Positions 1-8,538 of a stretch of 32,000 nt of DNA are shown piece by piece. The translations under genes and the position numbers were made by a program. Below the pieces are notes generated by a model, which did no database searches, had not been told where the DNA came from, and saw only the letters and a program-made list of their open reading frames with translations. Source of the stretch: Telmatocola sphagniphila (GTDB lineage Bacteria > Planctomycetota > Planctomycetia > Gemmatales > Gemmataceae); the NCBI RefSeq assembly GCF_018398935.1, contig NZ_CP074694.1, positions 3,210,001-3,242,000 on the forward strand, written 5' to 3'. Numbering within the stretch: the stretch's first letter is position 1; each line of letters starts with the position of its first letter.

Positions 1-774
1 GCGGGCACCAATATCCCGAAACTCGACGAAATCCAACGTAACAATGCCATTCTGGTTCGACAGAACATAGGCTTCGGCAAAGTGCTGTTTCTGGGTATCG
101 ATAGCACCTGGCGCTGGCGGTATCGCGAGGGGGATGCCACCCAATTTCGCTTCTGGGGACAATTAATTCGCTGGGCCGCCAGCGATCGACCGTTGAGTGC
201 GGGAAACGAATTTCTGCGCTTTGGAGTTCGCGAACCGCTCGCCGGAACGGAGCAGCCGCCCGAGATCATCCTGCGTTTGACCGAGGTGACCCTCAAGCAG
301 GCCAACATTACTCAGGTTCGGGTTCGAGTCAACAAAGCGGGTGAGAAATCGGAACTGAAAATCATCGATCTGAAGCAGCAGGCAGGAAATCCCCGCGAAT
401 GGCGGGCGCCGGTGATCGACTTACCGGTCGGTAAGTTCGAGATCGAACCGCTGGTGCCGGAGTTGAATAGTTCTCTGGTTCAATCCGATGGCACGCCATT
501 GAAATGCAGTTATGAAGTCTTCGCACCCATCCCCAAGGAGGACCGGGAATTGTCCGCTGACTTCGAACTGATGAAGACGCTGGCCGAGTCGACCGGCGGC
601 AACGCCTTCTGGGCGAAGGATGCGGATCAACTTCCCGCACTCCTGAAAAATCTTTCGGCCACCCGGGAAACGGTTCAGACCTGGAACCTGGCCGATTCCT
701 GGTGGCTCTTCGGTGTGATACTGTTCCTGCTCACAGTTGAATGGTCTCTCCGAAAGTGGCTCGGACTGGCTTGA
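1..774 (+). CDS. C-terminal part of a large membrane-anchored hypothetical protein (5'-truncated by window edge)
   Basis: Frame 1 is open from base 1 with no stop before the listed ORF 82..774, so the gene begins upstream of the window. The motif FLGIDSTWRWRYREGD..FRFWGQLIRW resembles the C-terminal region of planctomycete vWA/GATase1-like (BatA-type) membrane proteins; this is from memory and unverified. The protein ends in a hydrophobic anchor, WWLFGVILFLLTVEW, followed by RKW. Confidence 0.6.
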   Translation, partial: AGTNIPKLDEIQRNNAILVRQNIGFGKVLFLGIDSTWRWRYREGDATQFRFWGQLIRWAASDRPLSAGNEFLRFGVREPLAGTEQPPEIILRLTEVTLKQANITQVRVRVNKAGEKSELKIIDLKQQAGNPREWRAPVIDLPVGKFEIEPLVPELNSSLVQSDGTPLKCSYEVFAPIPKEDRELSADFELMKTLAESTGGNAFWAKDADQLPALLKNLSATRETVQTWNLADSWWLFGVILFLLTVEWSLRKWLGLA

Positions 775-2114
775 CCGAACTTGCTTGGGATATTGATCTG
801 CGGCACGTTATTCCGCGGATGATTGTGCTTGCTCCGCGTCAGATAGATGCCTAGCCCAACAATCGCCAGAATGATGACTACCAGCCGAATGATCTTCCAG
901 ATACTATAAGGTCGGAAGCCTTTCACTTCGCCGGTGCGCCCGTTCACCAGCACCTGATAATTGTTTTCATTGAATCGGTACGACGCCATCCAGACGGGCA
1001 GCAACAGATGCTTGAACGAGATTCCCATGTAGTTGGTCTGGCGGTGCAGCAGCTGCTGCTCGTCGCCGCCGATGTCCCGTTTGCACAGGGCGACCAGATG
1101 GTTCTCCATGATGTTCTTGGCCAACTGGAAACCTTCGGGCAACTCGATGGTATACCGCTCTGTTTTAAATCCGCTCAGAAAATCGGGAGTGAAAGGCACC
1201 AGGTGTTCGAGATCCCAGGAAATTAATCCATCGACGAGTTTCTGCGGCAATCTTCTCGAAGAACAAATTAGTACATCGTCGAAGAAATGCTCTATCTCCC
1301 CGGAAACGAAGGTCCAGTCCACTCGTGTAACAGTCCGCGATTTCCCGTCTGAATCAGTTTCCGATACTGTGTAGCGCACGCCACGACGGCCATCGTAATA
1401 GGTGTGGGTCATTGCGTCGTATGTGAAATACGGTAGATAGATCCCCTGCAACTGGCCGATGTTGGCGAGATCTTTTAACGCGTTGGGGGCAAACCAGAGA
1501 GATTTTACCCATTCCTGAAACTTGTTGATGGCATCCCGGTTGGAAACGGCAAACGGGAGGACCGATTCCGGCAGAATAACTTCATCCGCCTTTTGAGGCA
1601 GATTTTCCAGGTGAGTATGACAGTAGGGACACTGGTCGGCGACGATCTTGTCGTCAAAAGTCACCATCGCGCCGCAGCCGGTACATTTCACCTGAACGGC
1701 TTTGTCCCCTAGCGAACCCTTCTTCTGTTGTTCCAGCTTTTTAAGATAAGCTTCATAATCTCGTTCTTCGACTTTTTCCGTCGATTTCACAGGGATTTTA
1801 TCGATGTGCCCGCAGTAGGGGCACTTCAGAGCTTTGGCTTCCGGATCGTACTCCATCCGAGCGCCGCACTCCACGCAAGGATACTTCCGATCGGTAGAGG
1901 GTTTGGCGGGACCACCCGGCGAGGGGGGCGGATTGAGCGATGCGGCGGCCACGCCTCCCGCCACATTGCCTGCCGATTTCCCGCCGGGGCCAGACTTAGG
2001 AATCTCCGGCGGAGGTTGTACGGGGAAAGTCGAATCGGAAGGCAAGGGAGGAGGATTCATACGGCTAGCCTGTATCCCAGAGTTTCGCGAGCAGTGGGAC
2101 GGAATGGCTTCCAA
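675..2114 (-). CDS. Double zinc-ribbon protein with Pro/Gly-rich N-terminus and C-terminal transmembrane anchor (YdjG-like partner of SPFH protein)
   Basis: 479-aa ORF. It has two CxxC...CxxC ribbons: YPCVECGARMEYDPEAKALKCPYCGH and VKCTGCGAMVTFDDKIVADQCPYCHT. A C-terminal TM helix is present (IIRLVVIILAIVGLGIYL). It lies 36 nt downstream of the SPFH gene on the same strand. An alternative start is ATG at 2060 (MNPPPLPSD...). The 3' end overlaps the convergent CDS 1..774 by 100 nt. Confidence 0.75.
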   Translation of the reverse strand: MEAIPSHCSRNSGIQASRMNPPPLPSDSTFPVQPPPEIPKSGPGGKSAGNVAGGVAAASLNPPPSPGGPAKPSTDRKYPCVECGARMEYDPEAKALKCPYCGHIDKIPVKSTEKVEERDYEAYLKKLEQQKKGSLGDKAVQVKCTGCGAMVTFDDKIVADQCPYCHTHLENLPQKADEVILPESVLPFAVSNRDAINKFQEWVKSLWFAPNALKDLANIGQLQGIYLPYFTYDAMTHTYYDGRRGVRYTVSETDSDGKSRTVTRVDWTFVSGEIEHFFDDVLICSSRRLPQKLVDGLISWDLEHLVPFTPDFLSGFKTERYTIELPEGFQLAKNIMENHLVALCKRDIGGDEQQLLHRQTNYMGISFKHLLLPVWMASYRFNENNYQVLVNGRTGEVKGFRPYSIWKIIRLVVIILAIVGLGIYLTRSKHNHPRNNVPQINIPSKFGQASPSHFRRDHSTVSRNSITPKSHQESARFQV

Positions 2115-2150
2115 GCCATCCCGCGAAGAAATATCAATCTGTATTTCGTA

Positions 2151-3263
2151 TTACTGAGGTAGTGGTGGAGGTACAGTCGCGAAAAATGGCGTAAATTCCG
2201 GGACCGTCGAAGCGGCTACCCATCCTGCCATACCTTGCTTCCAAACCAGCGTATCGCGGGTTATGGTCCCTTCCTTCACTTTGCTAGCCAGTGTGGCAGC
2301 ATCGTATGGCCCCGTCTGAGCGCCATTGACAGCGACGAAGAAAGCCACGGCGGTTGGCAGCGGCGGAGGAACGACGTTGGTCGTCGCCACATGGCCAGCG
2401 GCCCCCGGTTGCAACGAGTTACCCATGGCGTTAGCCATCGCGACTCCGGCCCCCAAGCCCGCCCCAACGCCTGCAATTCCTCCTGGGTTGTTCGCGGCAT
2501 CTCCGATAGCCACGCCCGTCTGAAATTTGGTGAACTGATCCAGGTTACCCAGCACGGCCATACTGGATCGCTTGTCGAGCATCTGTTCCACTTCGGGTGG
2601 CAAACTGATGTTCTCAACGAAGAATTGGGTAACAGTAAGGCCCATGCCCTGCAGTTCCGGGGTGATCCGTTCGCGGGCCAGGCTGCTGATCTTCTCGTAA
2701 TTCCCGGCGAGATCCAGCATCGGGATCTTGGAGGAACCCAGAATGTCAACGAAGCGAGACACAATGTTATTGCGGAGCTGATTGGCAATTTCGAAGGTTT
2801 CGAAGGAGGGGTCCGTGGCCACCAGTTCCCGCATGAACACTGCGGCGTCTGTCACCCGAAATGCATAGGTGCCGAAAGCCCGGATGCGAATGGGACCGAA
2901 CTCCGGATCGCGTAGCATTACCGGATTCTGCGTGCCCCACTTCTTATCTGTCCACTGTCGGGTCGAGATAAAATAGACTTCCGCCTTGAACGGAGAATTG
3001 AAGCCGTATTTCCAACCTTTGAGGGTGGCCAGAATCGGCAGGTTCTTGGTTTCGAGGGTGTACATGCCGGGCTGGAAAACATCTGCGATTTTTCCTTCAC
3101 TGACGAAGACGGCATTTTGACCTTCCCGGACGGTCAACTTCGCGCCATTTTTGATTTCGTTCTTGTAGCGCGGGAATCGATAAGCCAGAATGTCGTTCTG
3201 AGCGGGCTCAGTCCATTCGATAATATCGATAAATTCGCCGGCCAACTTGTCAAAAATGCCCAT
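2151..3263 (-). CDS. SPFH/Band-7 family protein (YdjI / COG4260 'virion core protein-like' type) with C-terminal GYF_2-like domain
   Basis: I take the start at the internal ATG 3263 because MGIFDKLAGEFIDIIEW is the typical N-terminus of this family; the ORF track extends to 3326. An SPFH-like body is followed by a Gly/Ala-rich linker (GGIAGVGAGLGAGVAMANAMG). The tail FFVAVNGAQTGPYDAATLASKVKEGTITRDTLVWKQGMAGWVAASTVPEF is flanked by PPPLP motifs. Confidence 0.8.
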   Translation of the reverse strand: MGIFDKLAGEFIDIIEWTEPAQNDILAYRFPRYKNEIKNGAKLTVREGQNAVFVSEGKIADVFQPGMYTLETKNLPILATLKGWKYGFNSPFKAEVYFISTRQWTDKKWGTQNPVMLRDPEFGPIRIRAFGTYAFRVTDAAVFMRELVATDPSFETFEIANQLRNNIVSRFVDILGSSKIPMLDLAGNYEKISSLARERITPELQGMGLTVTQFFVENISLPPEVEQMLDKRSSMAVLGNLDQFTKFQTGVAIGDAANNPGGIAGVGAGLGAGVAMANAMGNSLQPGAAGHVATTNVVPPPLPTAVAFFVAVNGAQTGPYDAATLASKVKEGTITRDTLVWKQGMAGWVAASTVPEFTPFFATVPPPLPQ

Positions 3264-3453
3264 ATTCACTCTCCGCAATTGAAATTTTTGCTTATTCTGC
3301 ACGGATCGCGTCATTTTTTCAAACAAATACTTGGAGAGTATTTCGAAGTGGTGCGGAGAAATTTAAAAGTTTGCGAAGGGAATTACAAATCGGGGAATTT
3401 CCAACCGGTTTGGCCGGGCGAGGGCCGCCCGAGCCGAAATCTCAGCGGGTTTA

Positions 3454-3669
3454 TTAGCGGTTATTTGGACCGAAGGGATTGGTGTAGTTGCTGGAGGCAT
3501 TCTGAGTGTCTTGCGGCAGGGCATAGCGATCCCGACCGCGGCGCTGTTGTTCGTCCATCGTAAACAAAGGATCATCCGGTTTGTCGGTTCGTTTCATATT
3601 TTCGAAGGGACCGGTGGTACCTTTGCAACCCGCCAGACAGATGAAACCGAGCAGGATGAAACGTCGCAT
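3454..3669 (-). CDS. Small lipoprotein (71 aa)
   Basis: The internal start at 3669 gives MRRFILLGFICLAGC with a lipobox, LAG|C. The remainder is hydrophilic. The longer ORF reaching 3732 adds a non-signal-like extension. Confidence 0.55.
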   Translation of the reverse strand: MRRFILLGFICLAGCKGTTGPFENMKRTDKPDDPLFTMDEQQRRGRDRYALPQDTQNASSNYTNPFGPNNR

Positions 3670-3732
3670 AGGAAATCCTCGCTTTAAATATCCTACCCAT
3701 ATTATCGCCGTTATTTTCGAAATCGCTTTCAT

Positions 3733-3763
3733 ACGGTTTGCACCTTCGGTGCCGTTTTTTTTT
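3733..3763 (+). terminator. Terminator-like hairpin plus T9 tract with no upstream + strand gene
   Basis: ACGG(tttg)CACC-ttc-GGTGCCGT forms 8 bp with a 4-nt bulge. It is followed by a 9-T run (3755-3763). It sits in the divergent intergenic region 220 nt upstream of tatC. Confidence 0.25.
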
Positions 3764-3984
3764 AAATGTGCCTTAAATTCGGAAGACTTTACCCAGGCGA
3801 ATTTTCTGGAAAAGCGGAATAAACCGGAAACCTCGCGAATGCGAACCCAATTGGATAGGCAAGCCCGCCATCGTGTAATATAGTTTTCATTACCAATCTG
3901 GCGGTACCTTCGCCGTTGAGCTTGGCTCGCCTACCGTTCCCGCTGACCCGGCACCCTCGCCAGTTGCGGTTCCCATGAACCTGT

Positions 3985-5160
3985 TTGTACCCCCGGATCA
4001 TGCGCCAACGCGTTGAATACCCCGACGATTTTTTTGCCGATACCCGCATGTCCTTCGGCGATCACATCGAAGAACTGCGCACCCGGATGCTTAACGCCCT
4101 TAAAGCGTTGATGTTCTGCATGTGCATCGGTTTCGTTCTCGATGGCATCGGCACCCAACTCGATCTGCCCTGGTTCGGACTCGGCCGACCGGTCCTGGCA
4201 ATGATTCAGCAGCCGGTCGAAGACGCCATGCAGAATTTTTACAACGAACGCATCTGGGATGAGTCGGAGAAACTCCGCCCCGTTCCCACCACCTGGGAAG
4301 AACGCCGGGAAAGAGAGCAAGAAAGAAAGAAGTTTCTAAGCTCGCGCTTGAACCTGCAAAACGACAAATCGGTCGAAGCGGCCAAAGAAGTCAACAACTT
4401 CAGCCCGTTGGTGATTCGAATCCCCCGGGAAGAATTGCTGAAAAAGCGCGATCAAAAGTCGGATTCGGATACCATTGATATCACCGTCCAGATTCCGCCT
4501 TTGGATCTGGCGATTCTGCTGACTCAGGCAACGAATAAAATCGGCAAGAGCCATGCTTTGGCTACCATGAGTGCCCAGGAAGCATTTCTGGTCTACGTCA
4601 AAGTGACCCTCCTGTGCGGCGTCATTCTCGCTTCCCCGATAATATTCTGGCAGTTCTGGGCATTCGTCGGAGCGGGACTTTATCCCCACGAACGGGAGTA
4701 CGTGAATAAATTTCTCCCTTTCAGTCTGGGCCTTTTCATCGGCGGGGTAATTCTTTGCCAAGTTTGGGTGATTCCCGGCACCGTAAAAGGGCTGCTCGCT
4801 TTCAATTCCTGGCTCGGTCTCGATCCCGACTTGCGTTTGAGCGAATGGCTGAATCTGGCCTTGCTCTTACCTCTCGTCTTCGGCCTTTCCTTTCAGACGC
4901 CCTTGGTAATGCTGGCCTTGAACCAAATTGGCCTGCTTTCAGTGGAGGATTATCTGGCCAAATGGCGACACGCCGTGATGCTGCTCACCGTTTTTGCCGT
5001 GGTGGTCTCTCCCTCGCCGGATGTGGTCACGATGCTTTATCTGCTCATTCCCATGATCGCGCTCTACTTCCTGGGGATCTATCTGTGCAAGTTATTCCCG
5101 CAACCGGATTGGTTAAGCCCCGAACCAGGATCGGAAGAGTCGAGAGAGGTCGCCGTTTAA
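3985..5160 (+). CDS. tatC: Twin-arginine translocase subunit TatC (long form, expanded first loop)
   Basis: The N-terminal motif MSFGDHIEELRTRMLNALKAL matches the TatC consensus (MS..eHLeELR.Rl). It has multiple TM helices and the region FWQFWAFVGAGLYPHEREY. The exact start is uncertain; candidate start codons encode M1, M6 and M22. Confidence 0.85.
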   Translation: MYPRIMRQRVEYPDDFFADTRMSFGDHIEELRTRMLNALKALMFCMCIGFVLDGIGTQLDLPWFGLGRPVLAMIQQPVEDAMQNFYNERIWDESEKLRPVPTTWEERREREQERKKFLSSRLNLQNDKSVEAAKEVNNFSPLVIRIPREELLKKRDQKSDSDTIDITVQIPPLDLAILLTQATNKIGKSHALATMSAQEAFLVYVKVTLLCGVILASPIIFWQFWAFVGAGLYPHEREYVNKFLPFSLGLFIGGVILCQVWVIPGTVKGLLAFNSWLGLDPDLRLSEWLNLALLLPLVFGLSFQTPLVMLALNQIGLLSVEDYLAKWRHAVMLLTVFAVVVSPSPDVVTMLYLLIPMIALYFLGIYLCKLFPQPDWLSPEPGSEESREVAV

Positions 5161-5187
5161 TTTAGGCGCGGCGAATATAATTGCAGA

Positions 5188-6723
5188 ATGAAGATTGGCA
5201 AAGTTTATCTCGTGGGAGCGGGCCCGGGCGATCCGGACCTACTGACTCTTAAAGCAAAACGGCTTCTGGATCAGGCAGATTTCGTTCTCTATGATCAGTT
5301 GCTCTCCCCCGAGGTATTGCGACTCATCCCTTCCTCCGCTCAGGCTCAGGCCGTGGAATCACTGCCCGGCAAACATCCGGAACGTTTCCACTCGATCTAC
5401 CAGAGCCTGATTGAGCATGCTCAAGCTGGACAACAAGTCGTCCGGCTCAAGAGCGGCGACCCGATGATTTTTGGGAGGGTCGGCGAAGAGACGGAAGCCC
5501 TTCGCAAAGCGGGCATTCCATACGAAATTGTCCCTGGAGTGACCGCCGCTCTGGCCGCGGGGGCTTACCTCGAAATCCCTTTGACCCATCGACTGCATTC
5601 CAGTCTGCTGACCATCGTGACCGGCCACGAATGCACGGCCAAAGGAAATAGTTCGCTCGACTGGGATAACCTCGCGACCAATCGGGGAACTCTGGCCTTC
5701 TATATGGGCGTCAGCCGGCTAGCGAGTATTGCCGACAATTTGATCGCTCATGGCAAATCACCTGACACCCCTTGTGCCGTGATTCACCGCGCAACCTGGA
5801 GTCGGCAACGGACAATCCGTGCTCCTCTGCAGGCGATCGCCGATCAGGTCCAGGCGGCGTCGCTGGAAGCGCCCGCGATTCTCCTGGTCGGCGAAGTGGT
5901 GGGACTTGGGGAAATCGAAGGTTGGTTCGAGGAAAAACCCTTGCTCGGTCAACGTATTCTGGTCACCCGTCCCCTCCCTCAGGCCGAGGAGTTAGCCAGA
6001 CTCCTTCGGGACCGAGGGGCCGAGCCGGTAATTTGCCCACTCATTGAAATCGCAGAGCCCGCTTCCTTCCATGCTCTGGATGAACTGATTCACCGTTTAA
6101 ATTCTCCACCGGTAGCCGCGGCAAAACCCTGGCTGATTTTCACCAGCATTAATGGCGTGGAACGTTTCGCCCAACGCTATCGAACGCTTGGCTACGATGC
6201 TCGGACCTTTGGCTCCAGCCGTATCGCGGCCATCGGCAAACGAACCGCTCAGGCGCTCGGCCAGCTTGGCTTGAAAACAGACATCGTGTCCGAAAACGAC
6301 TCGAGTTCAGAAGCCTTGCTACCGCTTCTAAAAACCGCAGTTTTAGGTTCTCAGGTCTACCTTTGTCAGGCCGAGGAGGGCCGAGAGTTACTGCTTGAAG
6401 AGCTTTCAAAGTTGACGCAGATCACCAAAGTGCCGGTCTATAGCCAGCGACCGATCGAAAAGGTCGATCTATCCAAGCTTGAGTTCGATGTGGCGATTCT
6501 CACCAGTCCGCAACTTGCTAGATTGTTCCTGCAAAAATGCACTCCGGAAATTCTTCAGAAAACCCGCGACGGGAGGATTACTCTGGCGGTCAATTCCCAA
6601 CGTTCGCGAGCCATTTTCGCGGAGGCAGGACTTCCGGTGCGATTCCAATCAGCACAGCCTGACATGGAATCGGTTGTGCAGAGCCTGCAAGTAGAAAAGG
6701 CTGAAGTGAACTATCGATTCTGA
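5188..6723 (+). CDS. cobA-hemD: Bifunctional uroporphyrinogen-III C-methyltransferase / uroporphyrinogen-III synthase (CobA-HemD fusion)
   Basis: The N-terminus [19 protein letters not shown] is the SUMT/tetrapyrrole methylase signature. The second half starts [32 protein letters not shown], which is typical of HemD. The gene begins 27 nt after the tatC stop. Confidence 0.85.
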   Translation: MKIGKVYLVGAGPGDPDLLTLKAKRLLDQADFVLYDQLLSPEVLRLIPSSAQAQAVESLPGKHPERFHSIYQSLIEHAQAGQQVVRLKSGDPMIFGRVGEETEALRKAGIPYEIVPGVTAALAAGAYLEIPLTHRLHSSLLTIVTGHECTAKGNSSLDWDNLATNRGTLAFYMGVSRLASIADNLIAHGKSPDTPCAVIHRATWSRQRTIRAPLQAIADQVQAASLEAPAILLVGEVVGLGEIEGWFEEKPLLGQRILVTRPLPQAEELARLLRDRGAEPVICPLIEIAEPASFHALDELIHRLNSPPVAAAKPWLIFTSINGVERFAQRYRTLGYDARTFGSSRIAAIGKRTAQALGQLGLKTDIVSENDSSSEALLPLLKTAVLGSQVYLCQAEEGRELLLEELSKLTQITKVPVYSQRPIEKVDLSKLEFDVAILTSPQLARLFLQKCTPEILQKTRDGRITLAVNSQRSRAIFAEAGLPVRFQSAQPDMESVVQSLQVEKAEVNYRF

Positions 6724-8195
6724 TTAAAAAACTGAAGGATAGTCTTCGCTTCGTCGTAACCCAGATTCGCTGCCTTTCTGAACAACGATAGGGCTTCCTT
6801 TTCGTCCTTCTCGACCCCCCATCCTTCCATATACATCTTCCCCAAACTTGTCATCGATTCAGGTTCGTTGTTTTTGATCTCTAACTTGTACTGTTCGGCA
6901 GCGCCGCGCCGTAATTTTAACGCTTCTTCTCGATTTTTTTCTACTCCCAGGCCATGTTCGTATCTGATTGCAAGTTGATTCATCGCGTCGGGTTCATTGA
7001 GTTCTACCGCTTTTTTCAGCCATCTTAGGGCTTCTCTGTCGTCAACATCTGTTCCTTTTCCCTCTTCGAAAAAATTGGCAAGCCATGTCATTGCTTTTCT
7101 TTCTTTCCTTTCAGCGGCACGAAGAAACCATTTCAAAGCTTCTTTTTCATCGACTTCTACTCCGAAACCCTGTGCGTGGAGCAGACCTATACCATACATG
7201 CATTTCGACTGTCCCACTTCAGCCCCTTTTTTGAACCAACTGAAAGCCTCTCTATAATTTTTTTCGACACCTATTCCCGCAGCATAGAACATCCCCAACC
7301 GTCCGAAAGCTTCCGCGTTATTCGCTTCCCCGGCTTTCAAAAGCCATTTGAAAGCCTCTTGCGGATTCTGCGAGTCGTCTTGATTGTTAAAATAAAAAAA
7401 AGCCATGTTAAGCATGGCATTACTATTACCAATTTCGCAAGCCTTCTGAAGCAATTGAAACGCAGCTCTTGAATCCTTATGGAGGCCATTTTTTCCTAAA
7501 AAGTACCAAAGCCCCAATGCAGTCATTGCATCGGAAGATCCCATCTCTGCCGCTTTCTTACACCATTTCAAAGTATCTTTTTCGCTTTTTTCCGTTCCTA
7601 CTCCGTTTTGGAAATTGATTGACAGAGCATAGGCCGCGTCTGGATTCCCAAGCTCTACAGCCTTGTAATACCACTTGAACGCCAATTTCAAATCTTTGTT
7701 TACAATGACGCCATTCTCATAGCTTATTGCCAAAGCGTAAGCCGCTTGAGGATCATCGAATGCGGCTGCTTTCGAATAAAGTTTGAAAGCTTCTTTCACA
7801 TCTTTTGGTACGATTCTACCTTCTTCGTAGAGCCACCCCAGCTGGTAGATCGCTGCTGGAAGACCAGCCTTGGCAGCTTGACGATAATAACTGAGAGCTT
7901 TGACTGGATTTTTTTCGATTGAATAGCCTTCTGCCAGACAGCAGGCAAAAAGATATGCAGCGAAAGGCGATTCTTTTTCCGCGCCGGTTTTCCATTGTCC
8001 GATTCTCTCAGGCGCTTGCTCTTCAAAAAACTTCTTCGAACTTCCGAAAGTTTTTTGGAGTTCTTTAGAGTGTTTGAATTCTTCCTCGAAGACATCCTTC
8101 TTAGGCCGAGGAGCCGATTCGGCGTTGCTCTGTGCCAGTAGGAAGCTTTCCGTCGAGATAAAATGAATGAGACTGATAAAAATAATCCATCGCAT
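6711..8195 (-). CDS. Secreted Sel1-like repeat (SLR/TPR-family) protein
   Basis: It has an N-terminal signal-like segment, MRWIIFISLIHFISTESFLLAQS. About 11-12 repeats of roughly 36 aa follow, of the form A..W..KAAe.G...A...Lg..Y..G.GV.kd..eA. The 3' end overlaps cobA-hemD by 13 nt (convergent). Confidence 0.85.
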   Translation of the reverse strand: MRWIIFISLIHFISTESFLLAQSNAESAPRPKKDVFEEEFKHSKELQKTFGSSKKFFEEQAPERIGQWKTGAEKESPFAAYLFACCLAEGYSIEKNPVKALSYYRQAAKAGLPAAIYQLGWLYEEGRIVPKDVKEAFKLYSKAAAFDDPQAAYALAISYENGVIVNKDLKLAFKWYYKAVELGNPDAAYALSINFQNGVGTEKSEKDTLKWCKKAAEMGSSDAMTALGLWYFLGKNGLHKDSRAAFQLLQKACEIGNSNAMLNMAFFYFNNQDDSQNPQEAFKWLLKAGEANNAEAFGRLGMFYAAGIGVEKNYREAFSWFKKGAEVGQSKCMYGIGLLHAQGFGVEVDEKEALKWFLRAAERKERKAMTWLANFFEEGKGTDVDDREALRWLKKAVELNEPDAMNQLAIRYEHGLGVEKNREEALKLRRGAAEQYKLEIKNNEPESMTSLGKMYMEGWGVEKDEKEALSLFRKAANLGYDEAKTILQFFNQNR

Positions 8196-8538
8196 GGCTT
8201 GTCTACTCGCACAGGCGCAAGAAATTTTCGGGATCGTAATTCAAAAAAGGAGTCTCAGCAAGTGGAATCCGTGCCAGTCGTATTTGTGAAGTAGGCAAAT
8301 TTGTTTCTCAATTGGCAGACGTTCGAGCAATTCTCAGGTTTGAGCTGATAATTCGCCCAGATCAGTTAAAGGACCTTACCCGGGTCATGATTTTTTCAAA
8401 AAGCCAAATCAATCGGTTATAGCTGAACGCTGACAACTGATCGCTGACCGCTAACCGAATTTATTTGAACCCTTCGTGAACGAACCGTTAAGATGACATG
8501 AAGTTATCCTCGTATCCCGAACTTCCGGATGGCCTCCC

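Noticed and set aside
3264-3326. N-terminal extensions offered by the ORF track (SPFH 3326; also lipoprotein 3732, ABC ATPase 22483, MauE-like 17957)
   Set aside because: The internal ATGs give canonical family N-termini (MGIFDK..., a lipobox signal, MISVKNL...) or avoid overlap with the upstream gene. The extensions look like upstream read-through.
6711-8195. Sel1-repeat gene as a second foreign island because of moderately lower G+C (about 43-52% on sampled lines)
   Set aside because: The dip is mild and is explained by the Lys/Glu/Phe/Tyr/Asn-rich repeat composition. There is no abrupt boundary and no change in neighbouring intergenic composition.
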